The position numbers were made by a program, and so were the translations under genes. The notes under the pieces were generated by a model. The model was not told the origin of the DNA and ran no database searches. It was given only the letters and a program-made list of their open reading frames with translations. From positions 724-64,723 of the forward strand of contig JAZUFQ010000049.1 in NCBI GenBank assembly GCA_045640745.1: a stretch of DNA of 64,000 nucleotides, in the 5' to 3' direction. Source of the DNA: Acutalibacteraceae bacterium (lineage in GTDB: Bacteria; Bacillota; Clostridia; Oscillospirales; Acutalibacteraceae). Shown here one piece after another: positions 1 to 8,525 of this stretch (position 1 is its first letter; each line of letters opens with the position of its first letter).

Positions 1-1
1 A

Positions 2-199
2 AGACGGGGGTATTTCTCTATTCCGACATACGATTTCAGCCAAGAATATGATGAAAACGGAAATCCCGTTTGGACTTGCGTTTGTCATGTTGAGGAAGAA
101 GAATATTATTCTGATGCTACATCATCATCTAAAAAAGATGCCAAAAAAACAGCAGCATTTGAAATGCTTAAATATGTATTAAGCGAGGAGGAAGAATAA
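2..199 (+). CDS. C-terminal fragment of a dsRNA-binding-motif (dsRBD)-like protein, 5' end outside the window; possibly RNase III-like
   Basis: Frame 2 is open from the window edge. It reads ...IPTYDFSQEYDENGNPVWTCVCHVEEEEYYSDATSSSKKDAKKTAAFEMLKYVLSEEEE*, which fits the beta-beta-beta-alpha part of a dsRBD (SKKxAKxxAAxxxL). Stop TAA at 197-199. Confidence 0.45.
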   Translation, partial: RRGYFSIPTYDFSQEYDENGNPVWTCVCHVEEEEYYSDATSSSKKDAKKTAAFEMLKYVLSEEEE

Positions 200-200
200 T

Positions 201-431
201 ATGGGTAAATGGTCATTTAACTACGAAACCGGCGATTATGAAGATATCGAAAGAGACGGCTTCAGCAACACTACCGGAGAATATACATACAACTGGGATG
301 ACAGTGAATATCGCCGTGAGGAAGAAGAGGAAGAGGAACGAAGACGAGAAGAAGAGGAGCGTAGGCACGAAGAAGAGGAAGAACGCAGACGTGAGGAAGA
401 GGAAAGACGAGAAGAGGAGGATGACTGGTGA
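201..431 (+). CDS. 76-aa hyper-charged microprotein with an aromatic/acidic N-half and a Glu/Arg-only C-half (ER/K-like)
   Basis: AGGAGG at 185-190 precedes ATG 201, which lies 1 nt after the upstream stop. The stop TGA 429-431 overlaps the downstream GTG 428-430. The C-terminal ~45 aa are EEEEEEERRREEEERRHEEEEERRREEEERREEEDDW. Confidence 0.5.
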   Translation: MGKWSFNYETGDYEDIERDGFSNTTGEYTYNWDDSEYRREEEEEEERRREEEERRHEEEEERRREEEERREEEDDW

Positions 432-1219
432 AAAAAGTTTTAATTCCTCTGATAATTGTCTTGCTGTTCTCCCTTACAGGTTGTTCCTTGCTTCCGGACA
501 AAAGCATTGAAACATTAAAAGGTTGGTCGTTTCAATATAATCAAGGAACTAACGATTTCAGTTTGTTTTTCGGTTTGCTGAACGGTAACGAACAGTATAT
601 ATCCGCCGATGTTGATGTCGACATCCGAATCGTCAACGAATCGGGCGAAGAGGTTTATAAGGCGACCAAATCGGTAACGAAAAGAGATTTCGGAAACTAT
701 GAGAGCAAAGCTGCCGGAAAGCAGTATCTTGCCGAAATTCGAATTCCCGAAAAGGATATTGCCACCGGCAAATCATCAAACGGAACGGTTTATCTGACGG
801 TGTACAAGGAAAATGTTGTTCAATTTGATGAAGTGAACTGTGCCGCCCTTTACTGCCTGCCGGTTTCAGACCTTACGCTTGTTGCCGAAAACCTGCCGAC
901 CGAAATCAGCGTTAAGGGTTATGACGGAAGCGTGGAATCAAAAATCCGCATTGAGGATGTTTCCTATACTTGTGATAAGCTTCTCTCTACCACGCTGAAA
1001 ATTACGGTTTCCGGCACAAAGACCTACGGCAGTTCAAAAATCGGTTACGATATGGTCGCTTATAAAATATATGACAGCAAGGGATATGTGGTTGAATCCG
1101 GCAATCTGTTTATTAACGGAGTCGGCAAGGGAGATAAATTCAAGGACGATTCAATTTCTGTCTATGATATAACTCCGGGCGATATTTATAAAATCGTTTT
1201 CAGTGAATGCCGTTACTAA
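428..1219 (+). CDS. Lipoprotein of unknown function with two beta-rich halves
   Basis: GTG start with GGAGG 7 nt upstream. Signal peptide MKKVLIPLIIVLLFSLTGC carries a lipobox (L-T-G-C). 263-aa ORF followed by a hairpin. Confidence 0.75.
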   Translation: MKKVLIPLIIVLLFSLTGCSLLPDKSIETLKGWSFQYNQGTNDFSLFFGLLNGNEQYISADVDVDIRIVNESGEEVYKATKSVTKRDFGNYESKAAGKQYLAEIRIPEKDIATGKSSNGTVYLTVYKENVVQFDEVNCAALYCLPVSDLTLVAENLPTEISVKGYDGSVESKIRIEDVSYTCDKLLSTTLKITVSGTKTYGSSKIGYDMVAYKIYDSKGYVVESGNLFINGVGKGDKFKDDSISVYDITPGDIYKIVFSECRY

Positions 1220-1225
1220 AACCAA

Positions 1226-1258
1226 AGCCATTCCTACTCTTTACGGGTAAGAATGGCT
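1226..1258. terminator. Hairpin between convergent genes (candidate bidirectional terminator)
   Basis: agccattc (1226-1233) pairs with gaatggct (1251-1258). A T-rich run follows on the - strand reading, and a weaker one on the + strand. Confidence 0.45.
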
Positions 1259-1271
1259 CTTGATTTAAGCG

Positions 1272-2168
1272 TTAAATTGTGCCTGTAACGGTTAGAACAC
1301 TTTGACCGGGGGTTGTTGTTATAACGCCGGTTGTCGGATTCTGCGTATAGGTTGCGGCAGGAACGGTTATAAGTCCTGCAACCGTCGAGAAAGCACCGGT
1401 TGCTTCGTTATAGGTGTAGTTTGTTGTCGGTGTAAGCAAGTTGCCGTTGTAGGTTGCCGTAAGATTTCTTAAAATCGGATTAAAGGTATCGCTTACAACT
1501 GCGTTTGCATCTGCGTTAACGGGGGTGTTGCCCGAATTTTCAATAACAAAGGTATAGGTTATCTGACCGTTTTCAGTTACGGGGTTAGGCGATACGCTCT
1601 TCGTAATATTCAAATTAGGCGTACCGTCAGCAAGAATTGTTTCGGAAGCCGTAAGAGGTGTTGCCAAAGAAGCGCCGGTTGCTGTTGCGGTGTTTAGTAT
1701 TGTGGAATCGGGGGCAAGAGGTGCAAATTCGTTTGTTACCGCCTCATAAGCGATAACGGCATTTCCGTTTGCCGGAACGGTTATACCGCTAAAAGCAAGA
1801 GGCGGGCCTGCTGTAACGGTCGGTGTGCCCTGCAAAACTCCGTTTACATAATATTTAACCGAGTTTGTAAGATAGCTCAGCGGATAAACCGTCGCAGTAC
1901 CAACCGTATAACGTCCCAAATTGTCGGTTACGGTAATATCCGTAAGGTCGGTTGCGCCCGAATTTACAAGACTTATTACATAAGACATATTTTCATTTCT
2001 TGAATATTCGTTATCAAGCACGGTTTTTCTCATTTCGAGTGTTTCGAGTATTTCACCCGTTACAACATTTGAAAGCACGGATGCACCGTTATAAGAAAGC
2101 GTGGCTTGGTTAGTGAATGTCGGAATAATATTAGTCCTTTCATATTTTCTTTGCATAAATTTATGCAT
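1272..2168 (-). CDS. DUF11 / 'conserved repeat domain' protein with two Ig-like repeats and no signal peptide
   Basis: 298-aa Thr/Asn/Gly-rich ORF. It has the typical DUF11 pattern NITKSVSPNPVTENGQITYTFVIENSGNTPV...VVSDTF and a first, more degenerate repeat. The N-terminus MHKFMQRKYERTN is hydrophilic. No clear SD, so the start is uncertain (ATG at 2168 or 2156). Confidence 0.6.
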   Translation of the reverse strand: MHKFMQRKYERTNIIPTFTNQATLSYNGASVLSNVVTGEILETLEMRKTVLDNEYSRNENMSYVISLVNSGATDLTDITVTDNLGRYTVGTATVYPLSYLTNSVKYYVNGVLQGTPTVTAGPPLAFSGITVPANGNAVIAYEAVTNEFAPLAPDSTILNTATATGASLATPLTASETILADGTPNLNITKSVSPNPVTENGQITYTFVIENSGNTPVNADANAVVSDTFNPILRNLTATYNGNLLTPTTNYTYNEATGAFSTVAGLITVPAATYTQNPTTGVITTTPGQSVLTVTGTI

Positions 2169-2197
2169 TACATTATATGAAAGGATTTTTTATTTGT

Positions 2198-2225
2198 TCT
2201 ATTTAGGACAAACAGTTCATAGTAT
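2198..2225 (+). promoter_or_regulatory. Candidate sigma-E-type (mother-cell) promoter of the spoIIIA operon
   Basis: tCTATTT, then 13 nt, then CATAGTAT. This resembles the B. subtilis sigma-E consensus (ATAtt, ~14 nt, CATACAnT) and sits about 20 nt upstream of the spoIIIAA ATG. Motif match by eye only. Confidence 0.3.
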
Positions 2226-2245
2226 TAAACAAAGGAAGTGAAGAT

Positions 2246-3163
2246 ATGGAAAATACGGCTTTTGAATACTGCCTGAAAACAATTTCCATTAAGGTGGCGA
2301 GGGTTTTATCCTTTTTGGAAGGTAACGAAAAAGAGCAAATTCAGGAAATAAGAATACGAAACGGTCTGCCTCTTTCTGTAACGATAGGAGGAAAGGGCTT
2401 TTTTATTACAAAAAGCGGACAAACATCAAAAACGAAAGACAAGGCGTATATTTGCGATAAAAGGGATATTGACGAGACCTTTATTCTTCTCACAAAGCAC
2501 TCGGTTTATGCCCATTTAGACGAAATAAAAAACGGATTTATCCGAATGAGTAACGGTTGCAGGGCAGGTATAAGCGGTACATACAATGAAAGCGGAATGA
2601 TTTTCGATATTCAGGGAATTAACATTCGTATTGCAAAGGAATTTTTGGGGTGTGCCGATTTTTGTTTTGGCAAATACCGAAACGGCGGAGCGCTGATTTT
2701 AGGGCCTCCCGGAAGCGGAAAAACAACCGTTTTAAGAGATTTTATCCGCAAAATTTCAAACAGCGGAAAAAGGGTTTCGGTTATTGATTCCCGTAGTGAA
2801 ATATCGGCGTCAAATTACGGCAAAAGCGATTTTGATTTGGGCGACAACACCGATGTTTATGTAATTCAAAACAGGTCTTTCGGGATAGAGTCGGCGCTTC
2901 GGACAATGTTTCCCGATGTTATCGCTTTTGACGAGATAGGCAACAGCGACGAGCTGAAAAGTGTGAGCGAATGCTTTAATTCGGGCATAAGCATTATTAC
3001 AACCGCCCACATAGGAAAAATCGAGGAAATCAAAAGGCGCAGGGTTGTAAGAGAACTTTTAGAACTTAATTCTGTAAAGGATATATTCTTACTTTCCGAC
3101 CAAATAGGCGAAACACCGCTTTATATACCTATCGAGGAGTATATGGAAAAGTATGGCAGTTAA
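2246..3163 (+). CDS. spoIIIAA: Stage III sporulation protein AA (AAA ATPase)
   Basis: Walker A GPPGSGKTT. About 305 aa. First gene of an eight-gene block with the sizes and topology of spoIIIA. SD aggaag. Confidence 0.9.
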   Translation: MENTAFEYCLKTISIKVARVLSFLEGNEKEQIQEIRIRNGLPLSVTIGGKGFFITKSGQTSKTKDKAYICDKRDIDETFILLTKHSVYAHLDEIKNGFIRMSNGCRAGISGTYNESGMIFDIQGINIRIAKEFLGCADFCFGKYRNGGALILGPPGSGKTTVLRDFIRKISNSGKRVSVIDSRSEISASNYGKSDFDLGDNTDVYVIQNRSFGIESALRTMFPDVIAFDEIGNSDELKSVSECFNSGISIITTAHIGKIEEIKRRRVVRELLELNSVKDIFLLSDQIGETPLYIPIEEYMEKYGS

Positions 3164-3602
3164 GGTAATCGGCTCGTTTCTTTTGATTTTGTCTTTTTGG
3201 GGATTCGGGTTTTATAAATCATATTCCGAAAAGCAAAAAAGAGACTTTTTAAGGGAAATATTATTAGGACTGAATGCGCTTAAAAAGAAAATACAGTTAG
3301 GTTCGGGCGATATTGAGTTTTTAATAAGCGAAACACTCTTAAATGAAAACATTAAGTTAAAAGACGGGGAATTAATTGCATATTCAAGGTGCATTGATGC
3401 GTCTAATCTTTTGATACTTAACAACCTTATTAAAGATTTGGGTATGGGGAATAAAGAAAATGAATGTGAAAGAATAGATGTCTATTATAGTATGTTAAGC
3501 GAAGCTTATGAAGAAGCAAAACAAACCTATAAAAACTCTTCAAAAATATGGCAGACATTAGGTCTTGGCGCAGGAGTTACGGTTGTTTTACTTATAATTT
3601 AG
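3153..3602 (+). CDS. spoIIIAB: Stage III sporulation protein AB
   Basis: 149 aa with an N-terminal TM segment. Position is second in the operon and it overlaps the end of spoIIIAA. Confidence 0.8.
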   Translation: MAVKVIGSFLLILSFWGFGFYKSYSEKQKRDFLREILLGLNALKKKIQLGSGDIEFLISETLLNENIKLKDGELIAYSRCIDASNLLILNNLIKDLGMGNKENECERIDVYYSMLSEAYEEAKQTYKNSSKIWQTLGLGAGVTVVLLII

Positions 3603-3611
3603 GTGATGAAA

Positions 3612-3806
3612 ATGAATGTCGATTTTATATTCAAGATAGCGGCAATAGGAATTATCGTTACGGTACTTAATCTTCTTTTGGTGCGGTTTGGCAGGGAAGA
3701 ACAGGCGATGCTTACAACCCTTGCAGGTCTTGTTGTTGTGCTTTTGATGATAGTAAAGTCAATAGCCGAACTTTTTACCGAAATAAAAGGGCTTTTCGGC
3801 TTATGA
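3612..3806 (+). CDS. spoIIIAC: Stage III sporulation protein AC
   Basis: 64 aa with 2 TM segments, MNVDFIFKIAAIGIIV..., comparable to B. subtilis SpoIIIAC. AGGTGA lies 5 nt upstream of ATG 3612; the ORF-track start at 3603 is a GTG alternative. Confidence 0.8.
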   Translation: MNVDFIFKIAAIGIIVTVLNLLLVRFGREEQAMLTTLAGLVVVLLMIVKSIAELFTEIKGLFGL

Positions 3807-4198
3807 ATGACCTGTTTTTTAAGGTGGCGGCGCTGGTAATTATCACGGCTTTGCTTGTTGTTACTCTGAAAAATTACAAGCCCGAATACGGATTTTTACT
3901 GTCCGTCGGCGCAGGTGTTTTGATAATAACCGTTGTAGTTTCAAATGTCTTTCCTGCCGTTAAAAATCTTCAAAAAATTTATACTGCCTCGTCGGGCAGT
4001 AAGTACGATTTTTCGGTAGTAATAAAAGCGGTTGTAATTTCATACATAACGCAGTTTTGCGAAAACACCTGTAAAGATTTCGGAGCATCTTCGCTTGCCG
4101 ATAAGGTGGAGTTTGCAGGGCGGTGCGCCATTTTAATCCTTTCAATACCTTTAATAAGTTCGATATTTGAAACGGCAATAGGATTTACAAAAATATGA
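3803..4198 (+). CDS. spoIIIAD: Stage III sporulation protein AD
   Basis: 131-aa polytopic membrane protein. ATGA overlap with spoIIIAC. Fourth position in the operon. Confidence 0.8.
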   Translation: MNDLFFKVAALVIITALLVVTLKNYKPEYGFLLSVGAGVLIITVVVSNVFPAVKNLQKIYTASSGSKYDFSVVIKAVVISYITQFCENTCKDFGASSLADKVEFAGRCAILILSIPLISSIFETAIGFTKI

Positions 4199-5316
4199 AA
4201 AAAGCAGTATTTTTAGTTGCACTTTTTTTGTTTTCGGCAATGGTTTTAAGCGTTCCTGCGTTTGCAGAGGACGGCAACTTATATGAAAATTCCTACCGCC
4301 TTATTGATGACGGAAGGTTAAGCGAAATAATTAAGGATAACGAAAATGATTTTTTTAAGGAAAACGGTATTGATATTAAAGACTACGGCTGGGTAAATAA
4401 AATAACCGCAAAAAACAGTATCAAAGAAATTTTAAGTATTGTTAAAGAGAAAATAAGAACACCTATAAAAGCGCTTTTGAGTATTGTTTCGATTATCCTT
4501 ATTTCTTCGGCGGTTTCTACATTTGAAAGCAAGGGCGAAATTTATAAAACACTATTGCTTTTTTCGGCGCTTGTAGTGTCAATGATTATCGCCGCCGATA
4601 TATGGAATTTAATATCAAACGCAGTAAACGGGATAAGGCATATATCAAGTTTTATGCTTTCTTTTATTCCGATTTTTATATCGGCACTCGTGCTTTCGGG
4701 TAAGGCGGCATCGGGTACGGCTTCGGGCGGACTTCTTCTTTTGATTTCGCAGGCGGTAAACCTTTTTGCAAGCGATTTTATTATGCCTATTATGGGCGGA
4801 TATTTGAGTATCGGCATTATGTCAACGGTTACCCCGTTTGATTTTGCAGAGCAAGTCGGCGAATTTATTAAAAAGGCGGCAACCTTTCTGCTTACGGCGA
4901 TTTTTACCGTTTTTGTCGGCATTATGGGGATACAGACATCGGTAAATTCCGCTGCCGATACGCTCGGTGTCAAAACGGCAAAATTTTTGGTCGGCACCTG
5001 CGTTCCGATAGGCGGTGGGGCGTTAAGCGAGGCAACAAATATGCTTTACGGCTCTATGTCGCTTGTAAAATCCTCTGTCGGAATTTACGGGGTTGTGATT
5101 ATTGTACTTACGGCGTTGCCGTTTATAATTGAAGTGGCTTTGTGGCGGGGGGCTTTGATAATAAGCAGTTTAATTGCAAAATCGTTTAATCAAAAGGAAA
5201 TATCTATGCTTCTTATTTCTGTTGATTCGGTTTTGTCGGTTTTGTTTTCAATACTTTTATTTGCAAGCGGAATAATGGTTTTCTCTCTTGCTATTTCGAT
5301 TTCTATGGGTGGATAG
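4195..5316 (+). CDS. spoIIIAE: Stage III sporulation protein AE
   Basis: 373 aa with a signal peptide (…VPAFAEDG) and multiple TM segments. ATGA overlap with spoIIIAD. Confidence 0.85.
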   Translation: MKKAVFLVALFLFSAMVLSVPAFAEDGNLYENSYRLIDDGRLSEIIKDNENDFFKENGIDIKDYGWVNKITAKNSIKEILSIVKEKIRTPIKALLSIVSIILISSAVSTFESKGEIYKTLLLFSALVVSMIIAADIWNLISNAVNGIRHISSFMLSFIPIFISALVLSGKAASGTASGGLLLLISQAVNLFASDFIMPIMGGYLSIGIMSTVTPFDFAEQVGEFIKKAATFLLTAIFTVFVGIMGIQTSVNSAADTLGVKTAKFLVGTCVPIGGGALSEATNMLYGSMSLVKSSVGIYGVVIIVLTALPFIIEVALWRGALIISSLIAKSFNQKEISMLLISVDSVLSVLFSILLFASGIMVFSLAISISMGG

Positions 5317-5317
5317 T

Positions 5318-5743
5318 ATGAAAAATCTCGGCAGTTTTATTGCTTCTTTTTGCGGTGTTTGTGCCGCAGTCGGCGGAATTTCCATGATACTGCCGAGCGG
5401 TAAAATTTCAAAATCAGTAAAGCAAATTATTTCTTTAACGGTCATTTGCGCTTTTTTGGGGCTTTTTGCGGTTTTGCTTAACATAAAAATAAGTGCCGAC
5501 AAAAGCATTTATGATACCGATTTTTCCGTAAACTATGAGGAAACGGTAAAAACGGTTTTCGAGTCGGCACTTAAAAGTAAAAACATAAAATTTCGGGAAA
5601 TTACCGTTTATACGGATAAAACACAAGACGGGCGCATATTTATTACTAAGGTTACAGTTTGTTCGGCGGAAAGTACAGAAAAAATCGTTTCGGCTATCGG
5701 TAACGGCAGTGAATACGAGGTGGAAGTAATAAATGAAGATTGA
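5318..5743 (+). CDS. spoIIIAF: Stage III sporulation protein AF
   Basis: The ATG at 5318 (MKNLGSFIASF...) follows GGGTGGA. Two N-terminal TM segments plus a soluble domain. The ORF-track start at 5288 lies inside spoIIIAE. Confidence 0.75.
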   Translation: MKNLGSFIASFCGVCAAVGGISMILPSGKISKSVKQIISLTVICAFLGLFAVLLNIKISADKSIYDTDFSVNYEETVKTVFESALKSKNIKFREITVYTDKTQDGRIFITKVTVCSAESTEKIVSAIGNGSEYEVEVINED

Positions 5744-6269
5744 GTTAAAAGAACTGTTAAATAAGCTAAAAGAGCCGAAGTTTCTAATCGTTTTCGGACT
5801 TGCAGGCATTCTTTTGATAGGCATTTCTTCTTTTGCTTCTACCGATAGCTCTTCGGGTAACAAAAGTAACGAAAATTTCGATATTGAAAGCTACCGAAGT
5901 TCTATGGAAAAAAGCGTTAAATCAATAGTACGGGGCGTAACGGGGGATAAAAATGCGACGGTTGTTGTAACGCTTCAAAACGGAATAAAATATTCCTATG
6001 CCGACGATACGAAAAACGATACAAATGTTACCGACAGCGATAAAACAACCCAATCGAGCGAGCGAAAAGAGTCGAGTCATATAACGGTAAAAAATTCCGC
6101 CGGCGAAGAAAAAGCACTCGTCATAACCGAGAATATGCCCGATATAAGGGGCGTTGCCATTGTCTGCGCAGGCGGTGATGACGAAACTGTTTCCGAGCAA
6201 ATCCGATTAGCCGTTATGGCGGCACTTAATATAACTTCAAAACGGGTTTACATAACCGGAAAATACTGA
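5733..6269 (+). CDS. spoIIIAG: Stage III sporulation protein AG
   Basis: 178 aa with an N-terminal TM segment. The C-terminal ring-building-like motif ...IRGVAIVCAGGDDETVSEQIRLAVMAALNITSKRVYI is typical of SpoIIIAG. Confidence 0.85.
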   Translation: MKIELKELLNKLKEPKFLIVFGLAGILLIGISSFASTDSSSGNKSNENFDIESYRSSMEKSVKSIVRGVTGDKNATVVVTLQNGIKYSYADDTKNDTNVTDSDKTTQSSERKESSHITVKNSAGEEKALVITENMPDIRGVAIVCAGGDDETVSEQIRLAVMAALNITSKRVYITGKY

Positions 6270-6286
6270 TTAGATAGGAGATAATT

Positions 6287-6817
6287 ATGAGCAAGGGTAA
6301 GGTATTCGGAAAAGGTCAGGTTGTAGCATTTTTAATGGTGGTTTGTTTGGCAGGTGCTGTATTTCTTAATATGAAATTTTCTTCGGCAGGAAAATATTTA
6401 GGCGAAGCATCGTATGTAAGCAGTAATAAATCTTCCGCCGTAAAAACATCGTCAAAGGCAACCGAAAAAAGCGATTATTTTGAACAGGCAAAGCAGTCGA
6501 GAGAAAAGGCATATAAGGAAGCCGAAGAAAAGGTTAAGGATATGCTTGATACCGACAAATTAACCGACGAGGATAAGAAAACCGTTCTTGAAAAAATCAA
6601 AGAAACGGCGGACTGTATCGAAAAATCACAAAAAATTGAAACTCTTATAACCGCAAAGGGATTTAAGAAAGCGATAGCCGTTTTAAGCGGTCAAAATGCC
6701 GATATTATAGTAAAATCGGACGGTTTAACTGCCGCACAAACTATGCAAATTCAAGAAATTGTTACTACGCAGTCGGGCGTAAATCTTGCAAATATAAAAA
6801 TTGTTGCAGTAAAATAG
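6287..6817 (+). CDS. spoIIIAH: Stage III sporulation protein AH
   Basis: 176 aa with an N-terminal TM segment, a charged linker and a C-terminal YscJ/FliF-like domain. Last position in the operon. SD aggaga. Confidence 0.8.
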   Translation: MSKGKVFGKGQVVAFLMVVCLAGAVFLNMKFSSAGKYLGEASYVSSNKSSAVKTSSKATEKSDYFEQAKQSREKAYKEAEEKVKDMLDTDKLTDEDKKTVLEKIKETADCIEKSQKIETLITAKGFKKAIAVLSGQNADIIVKSDGLTAAQTMQIQEIVTTQSGVNLANIKIVAVK

Positions 6818-6874
6818 TTGTTTTTTTCTGATTTTGTGATACAATATAAAAAAAAGGATTCGGAGGAACCCTAA

Positions 6875-7213
6875 ATGCAGGAAAATAATAATACCGAACT
6901 TACTGTGAGCAATGAAGTTATAGAAAAGATTGCGGAAATCGCCGCAAAAGAGGTTGACGGCGTAGCCGATCTCACCAAAAAATCCGTTGATATTAAAAAT
7001 CTTAACTATTTTAATAAGGCGGTTAAGGTTATGCAGGTTGACGGTACGATTTCGCTTGATGTTTATGTTACACTCAAAAAAGACGCTAAACTTCGTGAAA
7101 CCGTTTCGGCTGTTCAAGAGAATGTTAAGGATAAAATCCAAACCAATACGGGAATTGCCGTAACCAAGGTAAATATAATTGTTGCCGATATTTCGGAAGA
7201 AGCCGAAAATTAA
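6875..7213 (+). CDS. Asp23/Gls24-family alkaline shock protein
   Basis: 112 aa. The sequence ...LTVSNEVIEKIAEIAAKEVDGV... is the hallmark N-terminus of the Asp23 family. SD ggagga. Confidence 0.8.
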   Translation: MQENNNTELTVSNEVIEKIAEIAAKEVDGVADLTKKSVDIKNLNYFNKAVKVMQVDGTISLDVYVTLKKDAKLRETVSAVQENVKDKIQTNTGIAVTKVNIIVADISEEAEN

Positions 7214-7244
7214 AATCATTCTGAATTTTATAACTTTTAAGAAA

Positions 7245-7296
7245 ACAAAAAAGATACCGAGATTAGCCTAACTGCTTTTCTCGGTATCTCTTTTTG
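7245..7296. terminator. Bidirectional rho-independent terminator (asp23 and trpB)
   Basis: agataccgaga (7252-7262) pairs with tctcggtatct (7279-7289). It is flanked by an A-run upstream and ctttttg downstream, which gives U-tracts in both orientations. Confidence 0.75.
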
Positions 7297-7307
7297 CTAT
7301 ATCACAT

Positions 7308-8525
7308 TTATCGTATTCCGTATTTTTCGATTACGAAGTCCATATCCTTATCGCCTCTGCCCGAAAGGTTTATTAAGATTGAACCTCTGCCCATCTTCTT
7401 GGCAAGTTTTATGGCATAAGCTACGGCGTGAGAACTTTCTATGGCGGGAATGATGCCTTCAAGTCTTGAAAGCAGGAAAAATGCGTCGATGGCTTCTTCG
7501 TCGGTAACGGTATCGTATTTTACTCTGCCGATATCTCTGAAAAGTGCGTGTTCGGGGCCTGAGGACGGATAGTCAAGTCCGCTTGCTACCGAATAAACGG
7601 GAGCAGGGTTGCCGTTTTCGTCTTTAAGCATAATGCTGTTAAATCCGTGCATAATTCCCTCGCTTCCGTAGGTAAGACTTGCGGCGTGGTCGCCTAACTT
7701 TTCACCCTTACCGAGCGGCTCTACACCGTAGATGTCAACGGGGTCGTTTAAGAAACCTGCAAACATTCCTGCCGCATTTGACCCGCCGCCGACACAGGCG
7801 ACAACAGCATCGGGTAGCTCACCCGTCATTGAGGTAAACTGGTCTCTTGCTTCAATTCCGATAACACTTTGGAAATCTCTTACCATCATCGGGAACGGAT
7901 GAGGCCCTAAAACCGAGCCGATACAGTAAATCGAATTTTTGTAGTCCTTTTCGTATGCCTTGAAAGCGGCATCTACGGCTTCCTTTAAGGTTGCAAGTCC
8001 GTCGGTTACCTCTATTACATTGGCACCGAGTATTTTCATTCTTGCAACATTCGGCGCCTGCTTTTTTATATCGACAGAGCCCATATAAATATCGCATTTA
8101 AGCCCGAAATAAGCGGCGGCTGTCGCAAGAGCAACACCGTGCTGACCTGCTCCCGTTTCGGCAATTACCTTTTCTTTGCCCATATATTTAGCAAGTAAAG
8201 CTTCGCCCATACAGTGATTTAATTTATGCGCTCCCGTATGATTTAAGTCCTCTCTTTTAGCGTATAACTGAACATTTCCGAGAGTTCCCGAAAGTCTTTC
8301 AAGATGCGAAATCGGTGTCGGACGGCCCTGAAATTCCTTTCTTATTCTTCTGAGTTCACTTATGAATTTACTCGATTTGCAAATTGTAAAATACGCTTCG
8401 GTTATTTCATCCATGGCGGTTTTAAGTTCATTGTTTACATAAGCACCGCCGTATTTTCCGAAAAATCCGTCATTGCTCGGATAGTCTTTAAGGTATGTAT
8501 CAAAATCAATATTATCAAATTTCAT
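7308..8525 (-). CDS. trpB: Tryptophan synthase beta chain (stand-alone, no trpA nearby)
   Basis: [11 protein letters not shown] contains the PLP lysine motif, and [20 protein letters not shown] and GGGSNAAG are also present. The ATG at 8525 (MKFDNIDF) follows GGTGA; a GTG at 8534 is the alternative start. Confidence 0.85.
   Translation of the reverse strand: MKFDNIDFDTYLKDYPSNDGFFGKYGGAYVNNELKTAMDEITEAYFTICKSSKFISELRRIRKEFQGRPTPISHLERLSGTLGNVQLYAKREDLNHTGAHKLNHCMGEALLAKYMGKEKVIAETGAGQHGVALATAAAYFGLKCDIYMGSVDIKKQAPNVARMKILGANVIEVTDGLATLKEAVDAAFKAYEKDYKNSIYCIGSVLGPHPFPMMVRDFQSVIGIEARDQFTSMTGELPDAVVACVGGGSNAAGMFAGFLNDPVDIYGVEPLGKGEKLGDHAASLTYGSEGIMHGFNSIMLKDENGNPAPVYSVASGLDYPSSGPEHALFRDIGRVKYDTVTDEEAIDAFFLLSRLEGIIPAIESSHAVAYAIKLAKKMGRGSILINLSGRGDKDMDFVIEKYGIR

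Noticed and set aside
238-510. Alternative-frame ORFs across the purine tract: a + strand K/R-rich 90-aa ORF and a - strand 78-aa ORF at 271-507.
   Set aside because: Any frame stays open across a purine-only repeat. Only the 201-431 frame has an SD, abuts the upstream stop and is stop/start-coupled to the lipoprotein gene. The 238 frame would run through the lipoprotein signal peptide.
6725-7219. A 164-aa - strand ORF spanning the end of spoIIIAH and all of asp23.
   Set aside because: The translation is Ile/Asn/Phe-rich, typical of AT-rich antisense sequence. Both sense genes have SDs and family motifs.
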